A model generated the notes under the pieces. It saw only the letters and a program-made list of their open reading frames with translations. It was not told where the DNA came from and made no database searches. A program made the position numbers and the translations under genes. From the IMG/VR virus record IMGVR_UViG_3300032288_005197, positions 1 through 64,000 of that record: a stretch of DNA of 64,000 bases. One strand, written 5' to 3'. Of this stretch, positions 1-9,261 are shown piece by piece (within the stretch, counting starts at the first letter, position 1; every line of letters starts with the position of its first letter). Source of the DNA: a virus.

Positions 1-1
1 A

Positions 2-886
2 TTAAGCACAGTTAGAGCAAACATTTCTGAAATTCAAAAGAAGCTTGACATTTACAATAAGAATAAATGTCCTCATTGCCTTTCTGACTTAACTGATGAA
101 GTTCATTCTCAAATCAAGGACAAACTTGTTGCAAAAAAGATTGAACAGGAATCAACATTTCCTGAAATAGCGGAAAAAATCAAAGCTCACGAAAAGACCT
201 TATCTTCAGTAGAGAATGAATCTAGCGAAGCGAAAGGAAAGTATTATCAAATTGAGGCTCAAATCACAGCCGCTAAACGTGAAATATCTGAGCTGAGTAG
301 ACAGGGTACTCAAACGTCGGATAAACATTTGACCGAGGTCATCAATAGCATCAAAGCAGAGATTCAAACCTCGAGTTCTAGCCTATTGGACCGCCAAGAA
401 AAGTTGAAAGTTTCACAAGAAATGGAAATGATTCTATCAGACAATGGCATGAAGAAGATGCTAATGAGTCAAATCATTCCATTACTAAATAAGAAGATAC
501 TAAAGACTGCTAAAGTTCTAGAGTTTAAATTCGCCTTTGAATTCGATCTGGAATTCAATCCAATAATAACTCATTTAGGGATGCAGGTTTCTCCAGACTC
601 TCTATCAGCTGGTGAACAAAAGAAGATGAATCTAATTGTTTTACTCTGTATACTCGAATTAATTAAACTAAAACATAATAAAGTAAATCTACTCTTCTTG
701 GACGAAGTGTTTTCTTCACTAGACGTTGATTCAATATTCAGAGTAGTCGACCTTTTGAAAACTTTTGCTAAAAAGTACGGAATGACAGTTTTTGTTATTT
801 CTCATGATCCTTTACCTGAAGAGTATTTTGATACCAAGATACAGGTTGAAAATACTGATCATTTTTCTGACCTAAAGATCGTTTAG
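2..886 (-). other. Strand note: no feature on the minus strand here; the gp46 CDS is on the plus strand
   Basis: No supported minus-strand ORF in this interval. Confidence 0.05.
2..886 (+). CDS. gp46: SbcC/Rad50-like recombination endonuclease subunit (T4 gp46-like), 5'-truncated by the window
   Basis: Frame open from base 2 with zinc hook CPHC, signature LSAGEQ, Walker B LLFLDEVFSSLD and H-loop VISH. Confidence 0.92.
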   Translation, partial: LSTVRANISEIQKKLDIYNKNKCPHCLSDLTDEVHSQIKDKLVAKKIEQESTFPEIAEKIKAHEKTLSSVENESSEAKGKYYQIEAQITAAKREISELSRQGTQTSDKHLTEVINSIKAEIQTSSSSLLDRQEKLKVSQEMEMILSDNGMKKMLMSQIIPLLNKKILKTAKVLEFKFAFEFDLEFNPIITHLGMQVSPDSLSAGEQKKMNLIVLLCILELIKLKHNKVNLLFLDEVFSSLDVDSIFRVVDLLKTFAKKYGMTVFVISHDPLPEEYFDTKIQVENTDHFSDLKIV

Positions 887-916
887 GCTAACCTTTTCTC
901 ATTTTCTTAGTATTAT
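887..916 (+). promoter_or_regulatory. AAAC-N17-TATAAT class promoter (AACC-N17-TATTAT)
   Basis: Matches the motif seen upstream of several non-structural genes. Confidence 0.5.
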
Positions 917-941
917 ATTTGAATAGTATTATTTCCAAATT

Positions 942-1835
942 ATGATTACATTTAAGGGGCACACTTTTGCCCAAGCATACAAAGAGTCAATTGAGTACCT
1001 ATTGCAGAACGGGATGATCAATAATGCCAGGGGCACTACTAGTAAAGAATTGCTTGATGTTGCCATTGTTGTTGAAGATCCAGCCCAATGTCTTTACGAA
1101 AATGAAGTTAGAGGCTCCCAGCAAAAGTACATCGCTGCTGAATTTCTATGGTATTATGCCGGTAGAAATGACGTAGCATTCATTTCAAAATGGGCAAAGT
1201 TTTGGGAAACCATTCAGAACCCAGACGGAACTGCTAATTCTGCCTATGGAAATTTAATTTTTAACGAAAAGAATAATCACGGGCTTACTCAATATCAATG
1301 GGCAATTCAAAGCTTAATGAATGATTCGAATACTCGTCAAGCAATTCTTCACTTTAACAAACCGACTCATCAATACTTGACAAATAAGGACTTTGTATGC
1401 ACAATGTACGCAAATCTTCACATTCGTCAAAATAAGCTATACATGAGCGTCTATATGAGAAGTAATGATGCGATTTGGGGTACTCCGACGGACGTTGCTT
1501 TCTTTTGTTCTTTGCAAATGCAAATTCACGCTCATCTAAAGGAAATCTATCCGGATCTTGAACTTGGCACATATACTCATGTTGCAAATTCTTATCATGT
1601 TTACGATAGACACTATGATTTAGCTCAAAGGATGATTAGCTCAGACTTTGTGCCAGCTTCGCTGCCGTCAGTAAATACAGATCTAATAGAAATAGACGGA
1701 TCTCCAAGTCAAGATTTTAGTATTGTATTCGCAGCTTCTACTGGTCAAACTAATGAACTTGTACTTTTCCAACAGGACAATGATCTTTTGAAATGGATTT
1801 TTGAAAAACTAAAAGACGATACGAATGTCAATTAA
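942..1835 (+). CDS. Thymidylate synthase family protein, dCMP hydroxymethylase/methylase-like (T4 gp42-like)
   Basis: NSAYG, DSNTRQA, catalytic DFVCT, MRSNDAIWGTPTD with Asp at the substrate-specificity position, SYHVYDRH. Confidence 0.8.
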   Translation: MITFKGHTFAQAYKESIEYLLQNGMINNARGTTSKELLDVAIVVEDPAQCLYENEVRGSQQKYIAAEFLWYYAGRNDVAFISKWAKFWETIQNPDGTANSAYGNLIFNEKNNHGLTQYQWAIQSLMNDSNTRQAILHFNKPTHQYLTNKDFVCTMYANLHIRQNKLYMSVYMRSNDAIWGTPTDVAFFCSLQMQIHAHLKEIYPDLELGTYTHVANSYHVYDRHYDLAQRMISSDFVPASLPSVNTDLIEIDGSPSQDFSIVFAASTGQTNELVLFQQDNDLLKWIFEKLKDDTNVN

Positions 1836-2298
1836 CTCAACTAGCATACAGCGGCAGCATCTAATTGATGTTACCTACATCAAAATGGCCCAAACTTGGT
1901 CAGGCCTTTCTCATGCAATTCGTAAAAAGGTTGGAGCTCTAATCGTGAAGAACAATACGATCATCGCTGATGGTTACAACGGCACGCCTTCCGGTTTTGA
2001 AAATGAATGTGAGATTGCAATAAACCATGAGGACGGTTCATTCAAAGAGTACCAAACTAAATGGTACGTTTTGCACGCTGAATCCAATGCACTGGCTAAA
2101 GTTGCTAAATCGACTCAAAGTAGTGAAGGCGCTACTCTTTATATTACTTACTCTCCATGCACAGATTGTAGCAAATTAATTTTACAGGCGGGAATCAAAA
2201 GAGTCGTATATTTGGAAGAATACCGAGATATTGCCGGCCTTGAGTTCTTAAGAAGAGCTGGCGTTGAAGTCAAAAAAATCGACCCAGAAACCCTATGA
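1825..2298 (+). CDS. cd: dCMP deaminase
   Basis: KVGALIV, GYNGTPSG, HAESNA, PCTDC zinc motifs. Confidence 0.93.
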   Translation: MSINSTSIQRQHLIDVTYIKMAQTWSGLSHAIRKKVGALIVKNNTIIADGYNGTPSGFENECEIAINHEDGSFKEYQTKWYVLHAESNALAKVAKSTQSSEGATLYITYSPCTDCSKLILQAGIKRVVYLEEYRDIAGLEFLRRAGVEVKKIDPETL

Positions 2299-2696
2299 TC
2301 GATTCATTAGAAAGAAAGCTAGAGATAGTTTTCGTACGAGATCAAAAGCAGTTCATTCAAGCTTTTAATAAAAAGCAGAAATGCGATTATTTACTAAATG
2401 TGAATAAAATAATAAAGGAGAAATTCGATCACGAAATACTTGTGCCGAATAAAATCCAAGCATTCCTAATAAATTATGAGATTAAGAAATTAATTGATAA
2501 AGCGATCAATGTTAGGAATCGTAAGTACAACCGAATAATTTACGTTAATGCTGGACTCAGCGTTAGCAATATCAACAACACGATCAAGTTTCTAAATACC
2601 GCGTATGGAACAATCGAATTTGTTCCCAAATTAATAGACGGAGATTTTGAAATTGGAGAACTTTCGGGAGTAGAAACAATAAAAAAGGGGCATTAA
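2295..2696 (+). CDS. Hypothetical protein
   Basis: 133 aa ORF with ATGA overlap to the deaminase. Confidence 0.6.
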   Translation: MIDSLERKLEIVFVRDQKQFIQAFNKKQKCDYLLNVNKIIKEKFDHEILVPNKIQAFLINYEIKKLIDKAINVRNRKYNRIIYVNAGLSVSNINNTIKFLNTAYGTIEFVPKLIDGDFEIGELSGVETIKKGH

Positions 2697-2704
2697 GCCC
2701 CTTT
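2681..2704. terminator. Bidirectional intrinsic terminator
   Basis: AAAAAAGGGGC-ATTAA-GCCCCTTT between convergent genes. Confidence 0.75.
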
Positions 2705-2725
2705 CGTATTTTATTAATTCAGATT

Positions 2726-3076
2726 TTATGCTTTAACTTTCTCAACCTTTCCTGAATAAATCAATGCATCTTCCGGTTTATTCTTGTCATTAACTGCAAC
2801 AATATCGAAATCTCCATCTTTATCCGCTTTTGGCGAAATTGCAATGGTTGCACCGCCTTTAATGCTAGGATTAGTTGAGTTTATCACGTTAAACGAGATC
2901 ATTTCTTTTGTCGTGAATTCGCTATCGCTAGTTCCTTCAACTTCAAATGATTTTCCGTCTGCTGTGATTGTAAGCTTATAAGAACCAGGTTTCGCAGAAT
3001 TAGCCGGCTCCTCCTTTTTTGGAGAAGTTGCCATATCTTCCTCAGCTAACCATTGTTCAAATAATTTGAGCATCAT
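2726..3076 (-). CDS. Putative internal head protein
   Basis: N-terminal LKLFEQWLAEE resembles the T4 capsid-targeting sequence. Confidence 0.55.
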   Translation of the reverse strand: MMLKLFEQWLAEEDMATSPKKEEPANSAKPGSYKLTITADGKSFEVEGTSDSEFTTKEMISFNVINSTNPSIKGGATIAISPKADKDGDFDIVAVNDKNKPEDALIYSGKVEKVKA

Positions 3077-3080
3077 CTAA

Positions 3081-3737
3081 TTATGCGTTTTCGTCCTGGT
3101 TTTCGTCGTCTCCGATAGCGTTATCGTCATCGTCCTGGTTTTCGTCCTCATCGCTTTCTTCTGTGCAAAGTTTCTTAACTGCTGCACATAATAGATCGCA
3201 AATGTCTTCTTTTGCCATTTCCATCTTTTCAGCGATGTCTTCGATGATGTCTTTAAGATCATCTCCGAACTCTTCCATCAAAGTGGCTAATTGTTCTTCA
3301 TCGATTACTGGCTCGTCAGACGGCATATCGTCATCAGTTGGCATGTCATCGTTTGCTGGCATTTCTTCTTCTGCTTCAGCGAACATGTTGAAGTCTTCGT
3401 TAACGAATTGTTCAAAGCGAAGGATTTTTCCTTCTTCAACAGCGTCAACTGTTGCGATTGTTGGTTTTGCGTACATTGGGTCAAATGGTTTTTTCTTTGC
3501 CGTTCTTGAAATTAGGTCACGAGTTACTGCCTTCCAAGTTGGGTCATAATTATGATTGAATTTTCCACCTTCAAAATCGGCATTTCTGTCGATTACTCGC
3601 TGGTAGCCTTTCAATGTTTCTCTTTTTGATGTATCAAAGTCTTTCTTTGAATTTGGGCCTCCGAAACTAGGTTTCTTAGGATTCATGTAATCATCCATTG
3701 AAGGATTACGTCTGTCTTTAGTGTTGAACATGTCCAT
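3081..3737 (-). CDS. Hypothetical virion-associated protein with acidic C-terminus
   Basis: Internal KILRFEQFVNE motif; D/E-rich tail; follows the tail tube gene. Confidence 0.6.
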   Translation of the reverse strand: MDMFNTKDRRNPSMDDYMNPKKPSFGGPNSKKDFDTSKRETLKGYQRVIDRNADFEGGKFNHNYDPTWKAVTRDLISRTAKKKPFDPMYAKPTIATVDAVEEGKILRFEQFVNEDFNMFAEAEEEMPANDDMPTDDDMPSDEPVIDEEQLATLMEEFGDDLKDIIEDIAEKMEMAKEDICDLLCAAVKKLCTEESDEDENQDDDDNAIGDDENQDENA

Positions 3738-3755
3738 ACCTTTAGATGATTATTT

Positions 3756-4340
3756 TTATTGTCCAATTCGTGATTCTGTATAAGAATCAGCTGTGAATTG
3801 TACAGTTAATTTATAGATACCTTCACTTGTGTAATCAAGAACGGTTTCTGTCATTTTGTTTGGTCCAATGAATACTGGCGAGAACATAAAATCTCTAAAG
3901 ATTAGACCTGCTCGGTTGAACTGAGTTACTTGAATGCTAGCATCAGCGTAATCAGTTTTTAGACCTTGACGACCAGTTAGTGGGTTGTAAATTAGATCAG
4001 CCCATGCTCTTAATGCATTGTAAATGTACATATCGTTAGAATTATTCAAGTTGACTTCAAAATCAATTGTGAATTGGTGATATGTTTGAGCTGGTTTTGC
4101 TGGTGCGTAAGTTCTTTGTGAGAATTTATAGTTTTGGATAACTACCGCTGATCCTGAACCTGCGTATTCTGGTAAGCTAGTCACTTTCAATACGTGTTCA
4201 AGCATTAGATTATTACCGAAACCAATTTTTCCAGACACGGCAGGTGGCGGGGTAATGATAACCTCGAACTGGTTAAGGTAAATAGGTTCGTACTTACCGG
4301 GACCTGCTGTTGAATTTTTAAAATGTGGTAGACCTGCCAT
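3756..4340 (-). CDS. gp19: Tail tube protein (gp19-like)
   Basis: EPIYLNQFEV, LRAWADLIYNPLTG..G.K.DY, terminal F.ADSY pattern of T4-like tube proteins; late motif upstream. Confidence 0.8.
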   Translation of the reverse strand: MAGLPHFKNSTAGPGKYEPIYLNQFEVIITPPPAVSGKIGFGNNLMLEHVLKVTSLPEYAGSGSAVVIQNYKFSQRTYAPAKPAQTYHQFTIDFEVNLNNSNDMYIYNALRAWADLIYNPLTGRQGLKTDYADASIQVTQFNRAGLIFRDFMFSPVFIGPNKMTETVLDYTSEGIYKLTVQFTADSYTESRIGQ

Positions 4341-4361
4341 CTTATGTCTTTTATTTTTTAG

Positions 4362-5408
4362 TTATTTATTCTGATCCTGATCCACTTGTTTATCAGGAGC
4401 CTTTTCTTTTTGATCAGGTTCTCTAGCGGCCAGTTCTTTCTGTATTTGCTTTTGAATCGACTTGATTTCAGAAGTAGACTTGTTTCCAAGAGTTATGTTT
4501 GTTGCTTTGATAACGTCAGCTAAGTCGAGTTCAGGTTTTTCCTTTGAGTACACTGTATTAATTTCAGGGGTAAAGCTTAATTCAATTGATGGAAGTATTT
4601 GAGCAAGTAAATTTCCGCCAAACTTAAACTCCTTTTCGTTGAATTCATCAAATGCCATTTTAAATTTGCTACCGAAAGCCCCGCTCATTGAAATTTCTGC
4701 CCAAATCTTTGGCTTATTGTCAACCTGTTCGCCTGACACCTTCTTTGTTAGATTATTCGATATTTTATACAGGAACTTAACGCCAGCCGAGTAAGCTCCG
4801 CGTTCTTGTTGACCTTCAATGAATCTTAATTTGTCTCCACGAACGACTACTGTGTATGCATAGTCTCCAGGCTCAGCAGGCTTAGATTCCTCAGGCTTCA
4901 CCTCAGGTTCATCATTTGCTTTTGGCTTATTGTCTATCACAGCAGGCGGTTGGGGTTGCTCGTACTTAACTAGGGCACCTCCAGAAGAGCCTTGACCTAA
5001 TTGTTTAGGAGCATCAGGTCCGGCAGGTAGAGCTTTCTGATCAGAATCATCGTCTTCATCTTCTTTTCCTGGGCCTAATGCTTTTGGTGCGTCTGGTCCA
5101 GCTGGAAGCTCTGCCTCGTTCTTAGCAGGTTCTTCCTTTTTCTGATCCTTCTTCATCATTGCTATTTTTGCATCAATTATCTTATTGATTTCAACAATTA
5201 GTTCGTTTAGAAGAGACCCTGATGTGTACTTTACGTACTGTGGAGCACCGTATGCTGAGCTGTACTTTAAGTCAGGATACACGTCAGTTTCATGAATCTC
5301 AATCGATTGCTTAGTTTGATCCCATATAGGTTGTTGACCTTTTCCTGGGTTCTTCCAAGTGATTGCGAAACTGATTATTGATTCTGCTATTACGCCTTGC
5401 TCTGCCAA
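4362..5408 (-). CDS. Hypothetical protein with duplicated LPAGPDAPK.LG linker
   Basis: 348 aa ORF in the late operon. Confidence 0.6.
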   Translation of the reverse strand: MAEQGVIAESIISFAITWKNPGKGQQPIWDQTKQSIEIHETDVYPDLKYSSAYGAPQYVKYTSGSLLNELIVEINKIIDAKIAMMKKDQKKEEPAKNEAELPAGPDAPKALGPGKEDEDDDSDQKALPAGPDAPKQLGQGSSGGALVKYEQPQPPAVIDNKPKANDEPEVKPEESKPAEPGDYAYTVVVRGDKLRFIEGQQERGAYSAGVKFLYKISNNLTKKVSGEQVDNKPKIWAEISMSGAFGSKFKMAFDEFNEKEFKFGGNLLAQILPSIELSFTPEINTVYSKEKPELDLADVIKATNITLGNKSTSEIKSIQKQIQKELAAREPDQKEKAPDKQVDQDQNK

Positions 5409-5411
5409 TTA

Positions 5412-5717
5412 TTATCCAATTTCTTTTTCTCCCTGGAATTCTTTTCCACGGTTAGATTTCTTTCTAGTTGGGTCAACTGGCTTGTAGTTAGCCCAAATTT
5501 CATTGTAAATTCTGCAAGAAGCTCCCATGAAATTAACGATTCCAACGTACTTCTTACGGTCTTCTCCCTTCATTTTAGAGATTTTCTTTCCAATGCTTCT
5601 CGCATCGTCCAAATCCAATTCCTCATCATCGGTCTTTCCGACCAAATCTTTAAGAGAATTTTCCTGGACCACATAAGCTTGAAAGGACTGAGCCCTATGC
5701 TTGTTTTGATCTTTCAT
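5412..5717 (-). CDS. Hypothetical protein
   Basis: 101 aa ORF in the late operon; QSFQAYVVQE motif. Confidence 0.6.
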   Translation of the reverse strand: MKDQNKHRAQSFQAYVVQENSLKDLVGKTDDEELDLDDARSIGKKISKMKGEDRKKYVGIVNFMGASCRIYNEIWANYKPVDPTRKKSNRGKEFQGEKEIG

Positions 5718-5735
5718 TTCAGGATCGCTTTTTTA

Positions 5736-6101
5736 TTACTTAGGCATTTTAGCCATGCCAGGCTCAACATTCTTGTTGATAGTCTTTCCTTTGATAACTA
5801 ATTTAGCCATCTTAGGTTCAACTTCTTTCTTGATTGCGCTACCTTTAGTTGTAGGTAATTTAGAAGTTTTTTCGTCAACCGTTTTGTTAATAGCTTTACC
5901 TTTACCTTTAGGAAGGTCAGACATTTCAGGCTTAACTGATTTGCTGATCGTTTTACCATTTCCTTTAGGAAGATCTGAAGTGTTAGTGTCTACTGACTTG
6001 TTAGACTTAGAACCTTTACCTTTAGGAAGGTCAGCCATTTGTTGATCAATTGCCTTCTTTTCAAGAAGAAACTCGCCGTAGCTTAGAACTGATTTGCTCA
6101 T
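5736..6101 (-). CDS. Lys-rich protein with 19-aa tandem repeats, putative internal DNA-binding protein
   Basis: About five DLPKGKG-type repeats; SYGEFLLE at the N-terminus. Confidence 0.65.
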   Translation of the reverse strand: MSKSVLSYGEFLLEKKAIDQQMADLPKGKGSKSNKSVDTNTSDLPKGNGKTISKSVKPEMSDLPKGKGKAINKTVDEKTSKLPTTKGSAIKKEVEPKMAKLVIKGKTINKNVEPGMAKMPK

Positions 6102-6164
6102 TTTGTTTTATTATTTTATGTTGTCTTTAGGAATATTATTTATTTGAGCTCGAATCATAAAAAC

Positions 6165-6193
6165 AAAAAAAAGGCTCTCCATTGGAGAGCCTT
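6165..6193 (-). terminator. Intrinsic terminator after the major capsid gene
   Basis: AAGGCTCTCC-ATT-GGAGAGCCTT hairpin with a U-run on the minus strand. Confidence 0.85.
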
Positions 6194-6221
6194 CTGTTAT
6201 TGTCCTGTTTCGTTATTACGA

Positions 6222-7958
6222 TTAGTAAGAAGCAGAAGGACGAGTTGAACCAGTCAATACGCCTAGGCCAGTTACTTCCATAGTGATGTATTGAGTTTCA
6301 GGATGCCATCCAGCCTCAGTGATTGCATAACGAGACTTCATACCGATCTTAGGAGAGAAAGTTCCCTCTGCGATAGTTTGAAGAGACTCAGCCATGATGT
6401 AAGGTAAGAATTTAACACCTGGTTCTTCGTCAGCACCTTTACGTCCGATGTGGATACGGTTATCGCTGAAAGACAAGTTAGGATCTACGTAGATGGTTAA
6501 ACCATGTACTTTACCTGCAGGATACAATTGACCTGGAGTAGAAGGTAGATCGTTGTTGAATGGAGCGAAAGAGTAACCAGCAACATCAGCAAGAGCAGAT
6601 GCAACACGACCGTTAGTTACGATGTAAGTACCAGCACCGAAACGACCTCTGTGATAGATCAAGTTAGCCATTTCAAGGATTTTGGTTACAACGCGACGTT
6701 GTAGTGTTGAGATGTTCTCGAAACCAGTTGAACCTACAGTTAGGTCAAGGTTACAGATGTTAGAACCTTCAACCGCTTCAAGAGCAGTTTTGTGAGTAGC
6801 ACCTAAAGTTAATACTCTGTCAACCAATTTCTTGTTGATAGATTGAGCAAGTTCGTTAACCGCTACGTTTTCTAACATAGAGATTACGTCGAAATTCCAA
6901 ACTCTGTTAAGATCTTGGATTTGCTCAACTGTTGCAGAGATAGCAACTTGGTCGCCTTTAGCTTCGATGAACTTAGTGAACATACGAAGACCCATTTGAC
7001 GGAATTTAGAAACCTCAGCGTTAGCACGAGTCATTCCACCAAAGTTAGCTTGAGAACCAGTAGCGCCTAAGAAAGGACCGTCTACGTCTGTAGCTTCAGT
7101 TGAACCTGTACCAGTCCACTCGTTATCACTTAGAGAAGTGAAACCAGAGATATGGTTTTCAAGAGCTGAAACTAATTCGAATTTCTCAGAACCTGAGAAA
7201 GTGAATAGAGCAGAACCAGTTACTGAGTAAGCACCAGAGCTGATCGCAGAAACCGCTTTAAGAACTGGAGAACCAGTAGTTAAGTAGTCTTGGATAGAGT
7301 TAGTAGCTGAATCAGTAGCAGAGATTACTTTGAAGATAGGAGTACCGTCAACACGAGATCTTCCAACGTATTGGATGATCAAGTCATCAGTTAGAGCTCC
7401 ATCGATACCGTAGATAGTACCTGCAGTGATTGATGCGATCAAACCTGTACCAGCAGAACCTGCTAATACCGCGCCAGTAAGCTTCACTAGGAATGGCTCG
7501 TATTGTTTGTCGACGTTACCACCTTGGTATACGTAATCTAGGTAAGGTAGGAAACCTACAGGAGAATCCATAGGAACTACACCAACTAGGTCGAAACCGA
7601 TAGTTTTAGCAGCAACTTGGATAGCTACTGGTAAAAGGCTTGGGAATTTATCACCAGAACCTGATACAGTTGAACCGTAACCTGCTTTAGTAGCACCACC
7701 ACCTGAGAATGGAGTCATTGTAGATGTTGGAGCTGAAATAGCGCCCATTGCGCTAATTGAACCTGGTTGTTGTAGGAATAATCCTGGAGCAACCGAAGAC
7801 TCGTTGATAGCACCTGCGTTATCGAAGATAGCATGGTTGTGAGCTAAGTCAACTAACCAAGGACGAGCGTTGATGTCTGCGCCATAACCTTCTAAAACTG
7901 GAGCCCATGTTTCTTTGATTGAAGAGTCATTCAATCTTTTGAAAATTTTTGTTGCCAT
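6222..7958 (-). CDS. gp23: Major capsid protein (gp23-like)
   Basis: TWAPVLE, DLVGVVPMDSPVG, EQIQDL, ELAQSINK, IYVDP, FLPYI, FSPKIGMKSRY motifs; strong codon bias. Confidence 0.93.
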   Translation of the reverse strand: MATKIFKRLNDSSIKETWAPVLEGYGADINARPWLVDLAHNHAIFDNAGAINESSVAPGLFLQQPGSISAMGAISAPTSTMTPFSGGGATKAGYGSTVSGSGDKFPSLLPVAIQVAAKTIGFDLVGVVPMDSPVGFLPYLDYVYQGGNVDKQYEPFLVKLTGAVLAGSAGTGLIASITAGTIYGIDGALTDDLIIQYVGRSRVDGTPIFKVISATDSATNSIQDYLTTGSPVLKAVSAISSGAYSVTGSALFTFSGSEKFELVSALENHISGFTSLSDNEWTGTGSTEATDVDGPFLGATGSQANFGGMTRANAEVSKFRQMGLRMFTKFIEAKGDQVAISATVEQIQDLNRVWNFDVISMLENVAVNELAQSINKKLVDRVLTLGATHKTALEAVEGSNICNLDLTVGSTGFENISTLQRRVVTKILEMANLIYHRGRFGAGTYIVTNGRVASALADVAGYSFAPFNNDLPSTPGQLYPAGKVHGLTIYVDPNLSFSDNRIHIGRKGADEEPGVKFLPYIMAESLQTIAEGTFSPKIGMKSRYAITEAGWHPETQYITMEVTGLGVLTGSTRPSASY

Positions 7959-7977
7959 TTTGTTTTAAAATGTTTTT

Positions 7978-9261
7978 TTAGTTTTGTGCTCTTCTTTGGA
8001 GCATTTCAATGTAAGAATTAGAGTAGCCTCTTAGACTTTCATTGACTTGTTTTAACGAGACATAACCTTCTTTACCTTGGTTTTCGTTAATTGTTTGATT
8101 ATTTATATTTGCTTGGGTAGCAATTCTTTCACTAATTCCTCTAAGATTACGTGAATCCCAGAAAGCTTTAACTTGGTATGGAGTGTTCAACGACATGTTG
8201 TTAGCTTGTGCTGAAATCCAATTTTTTTCACCGTCTGTCATGCTTTCGTATAGCTCTTTGTATTGAGCAGGCATGAATTTAACGTAGTTAGGAGTGTTTT
8301 CAACTTGTTTGTTAAGAACAGCTTCCATGATGTTAACTACTTCGTCTTCTGTGAAGAAGATAGCGCCTTTCATAGTCTCAACGATTGCGGTTTTAGACTC
8401 TTGATCCAAGTTGTAGAAAGCTTGTTTTCTAGCTTCGTTTAACAATTTCAAGAAAGGGTATTTACCTTCCAATACGGCGTTTGCTGTGTTAGATTTAATA
8501 TGAGTTAAAATACCGTCAACTGCATTAACTAGATCGTCAACTGATGAAGTTTCAGAGATTTCAAAATCAGCACTTTCGTTTAATTTCTTAACCTCTCCCA
8601 ATAGAGAACGAGTTTTAGCCGTTGCTCCAGGAATCATTTTTTCATTCAAAGTTTCAACGATGTAGTTAGAATACTTGATACCTTTATCTAAATTTTCTCC
8701 TAAGTAGTTAGAGTATTTGATCGCTGTATCAAGATTCTCAGCTAAGTAGTTAGAGAATTTGATACCGTTTTCAGCATGTTCTGCAACGTGCTCAGAGTAT
8801 TGAATGCTTAGATCAACGTTTTCAGCTAGGTAGTTTGCGTATTCAACTGTCTTTTCAACGTTTTCTGCAACGTATTCAGCATAATTGGCTGTTTCGTTTA
8901 CTTTTTGTCCTAAGTAATCAGAGTAAGCAATGTTCTTTTGAACTTTGTCTCCTAAGTAATCAGAGTAATCAATTACGTTGTTTACTTTTTCTGCAACGTG
9001 TTCAGTGTAGTTAACGCTCTGATTCAACATTGTTGAAAGATAGTTAGTATATTCAACTAGGCTTTCCATTTCGCCAGCTAAGTAGTTTACGTACTCAACC
9101 ATTTTCGAAACTACTGGAGATTCGCCAGTTGAAGCGTTTTCAGAGATCTTTTGAAGACCTTTATTGTTTTTAGAGATGCTCTCTTGTAAAGCTGAGAATT
9201 TCTTTTTAACCAATTCAGAGTATTGGTTCATCTCGTCTTTTGTTACAAACTCATTAGCCAT
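7978..9261 (-). CDS. Putative nested in-frame scaffold protein (starts MANEFVTK)
   Basis: In-frame ATG at 9261, A-rich leader, late promoter motif at 9299-9306. Confidence 0.55.
   Translation of the reverse strand: MANEFVTKDEMNQYSELVKKKFSALQESISKNNKGLQKISENASTGESPVVSKMVEYVNYLAGEMESLVEYTNYLSTMLNQSVNYTEHVAEKVNNVIDYSDYLGDKVQKNIAYSDYLGQKVNETANYAEYVAENVEKTVEYANYLAENVDLSIQYSEHVAEHAENGIKFSNYLAENLDTAIKYSNYLGENLDKGIKYSNYIVETLNEKMIPGATAKTRSLLGEVKKLNESADFEISETSSVDDLVNAVDGILTHIKSNTANAVLEGKYPFLKLLNEARKQAFYNLDQESKTAIVETMKGAIFFTEDEVVNIMEAVLNKQVENTPNYVKFMPAQYKELYESMTDGEKNWISAQANNMSLNTPYQVKAFWDSRNLRGISERIATQANINNQTINENQGKEGYVSLKQVNESLRGYSNSYIEMLQRRAQN

Noticed and set aside
914-921. Bacteroidota primary-sigma -7 box TAnnTTTG
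   Set aside because: Only one instance noticed in AT-rich DNA, and it overlaps the better-supported AAAC-N17 motif
5736-9100. Tandem repeats as a possible CRISPR array
   Set aside because: The repeats are in-frame, codon-degenerate protein repeats without unique spacers, and no cas genes are present
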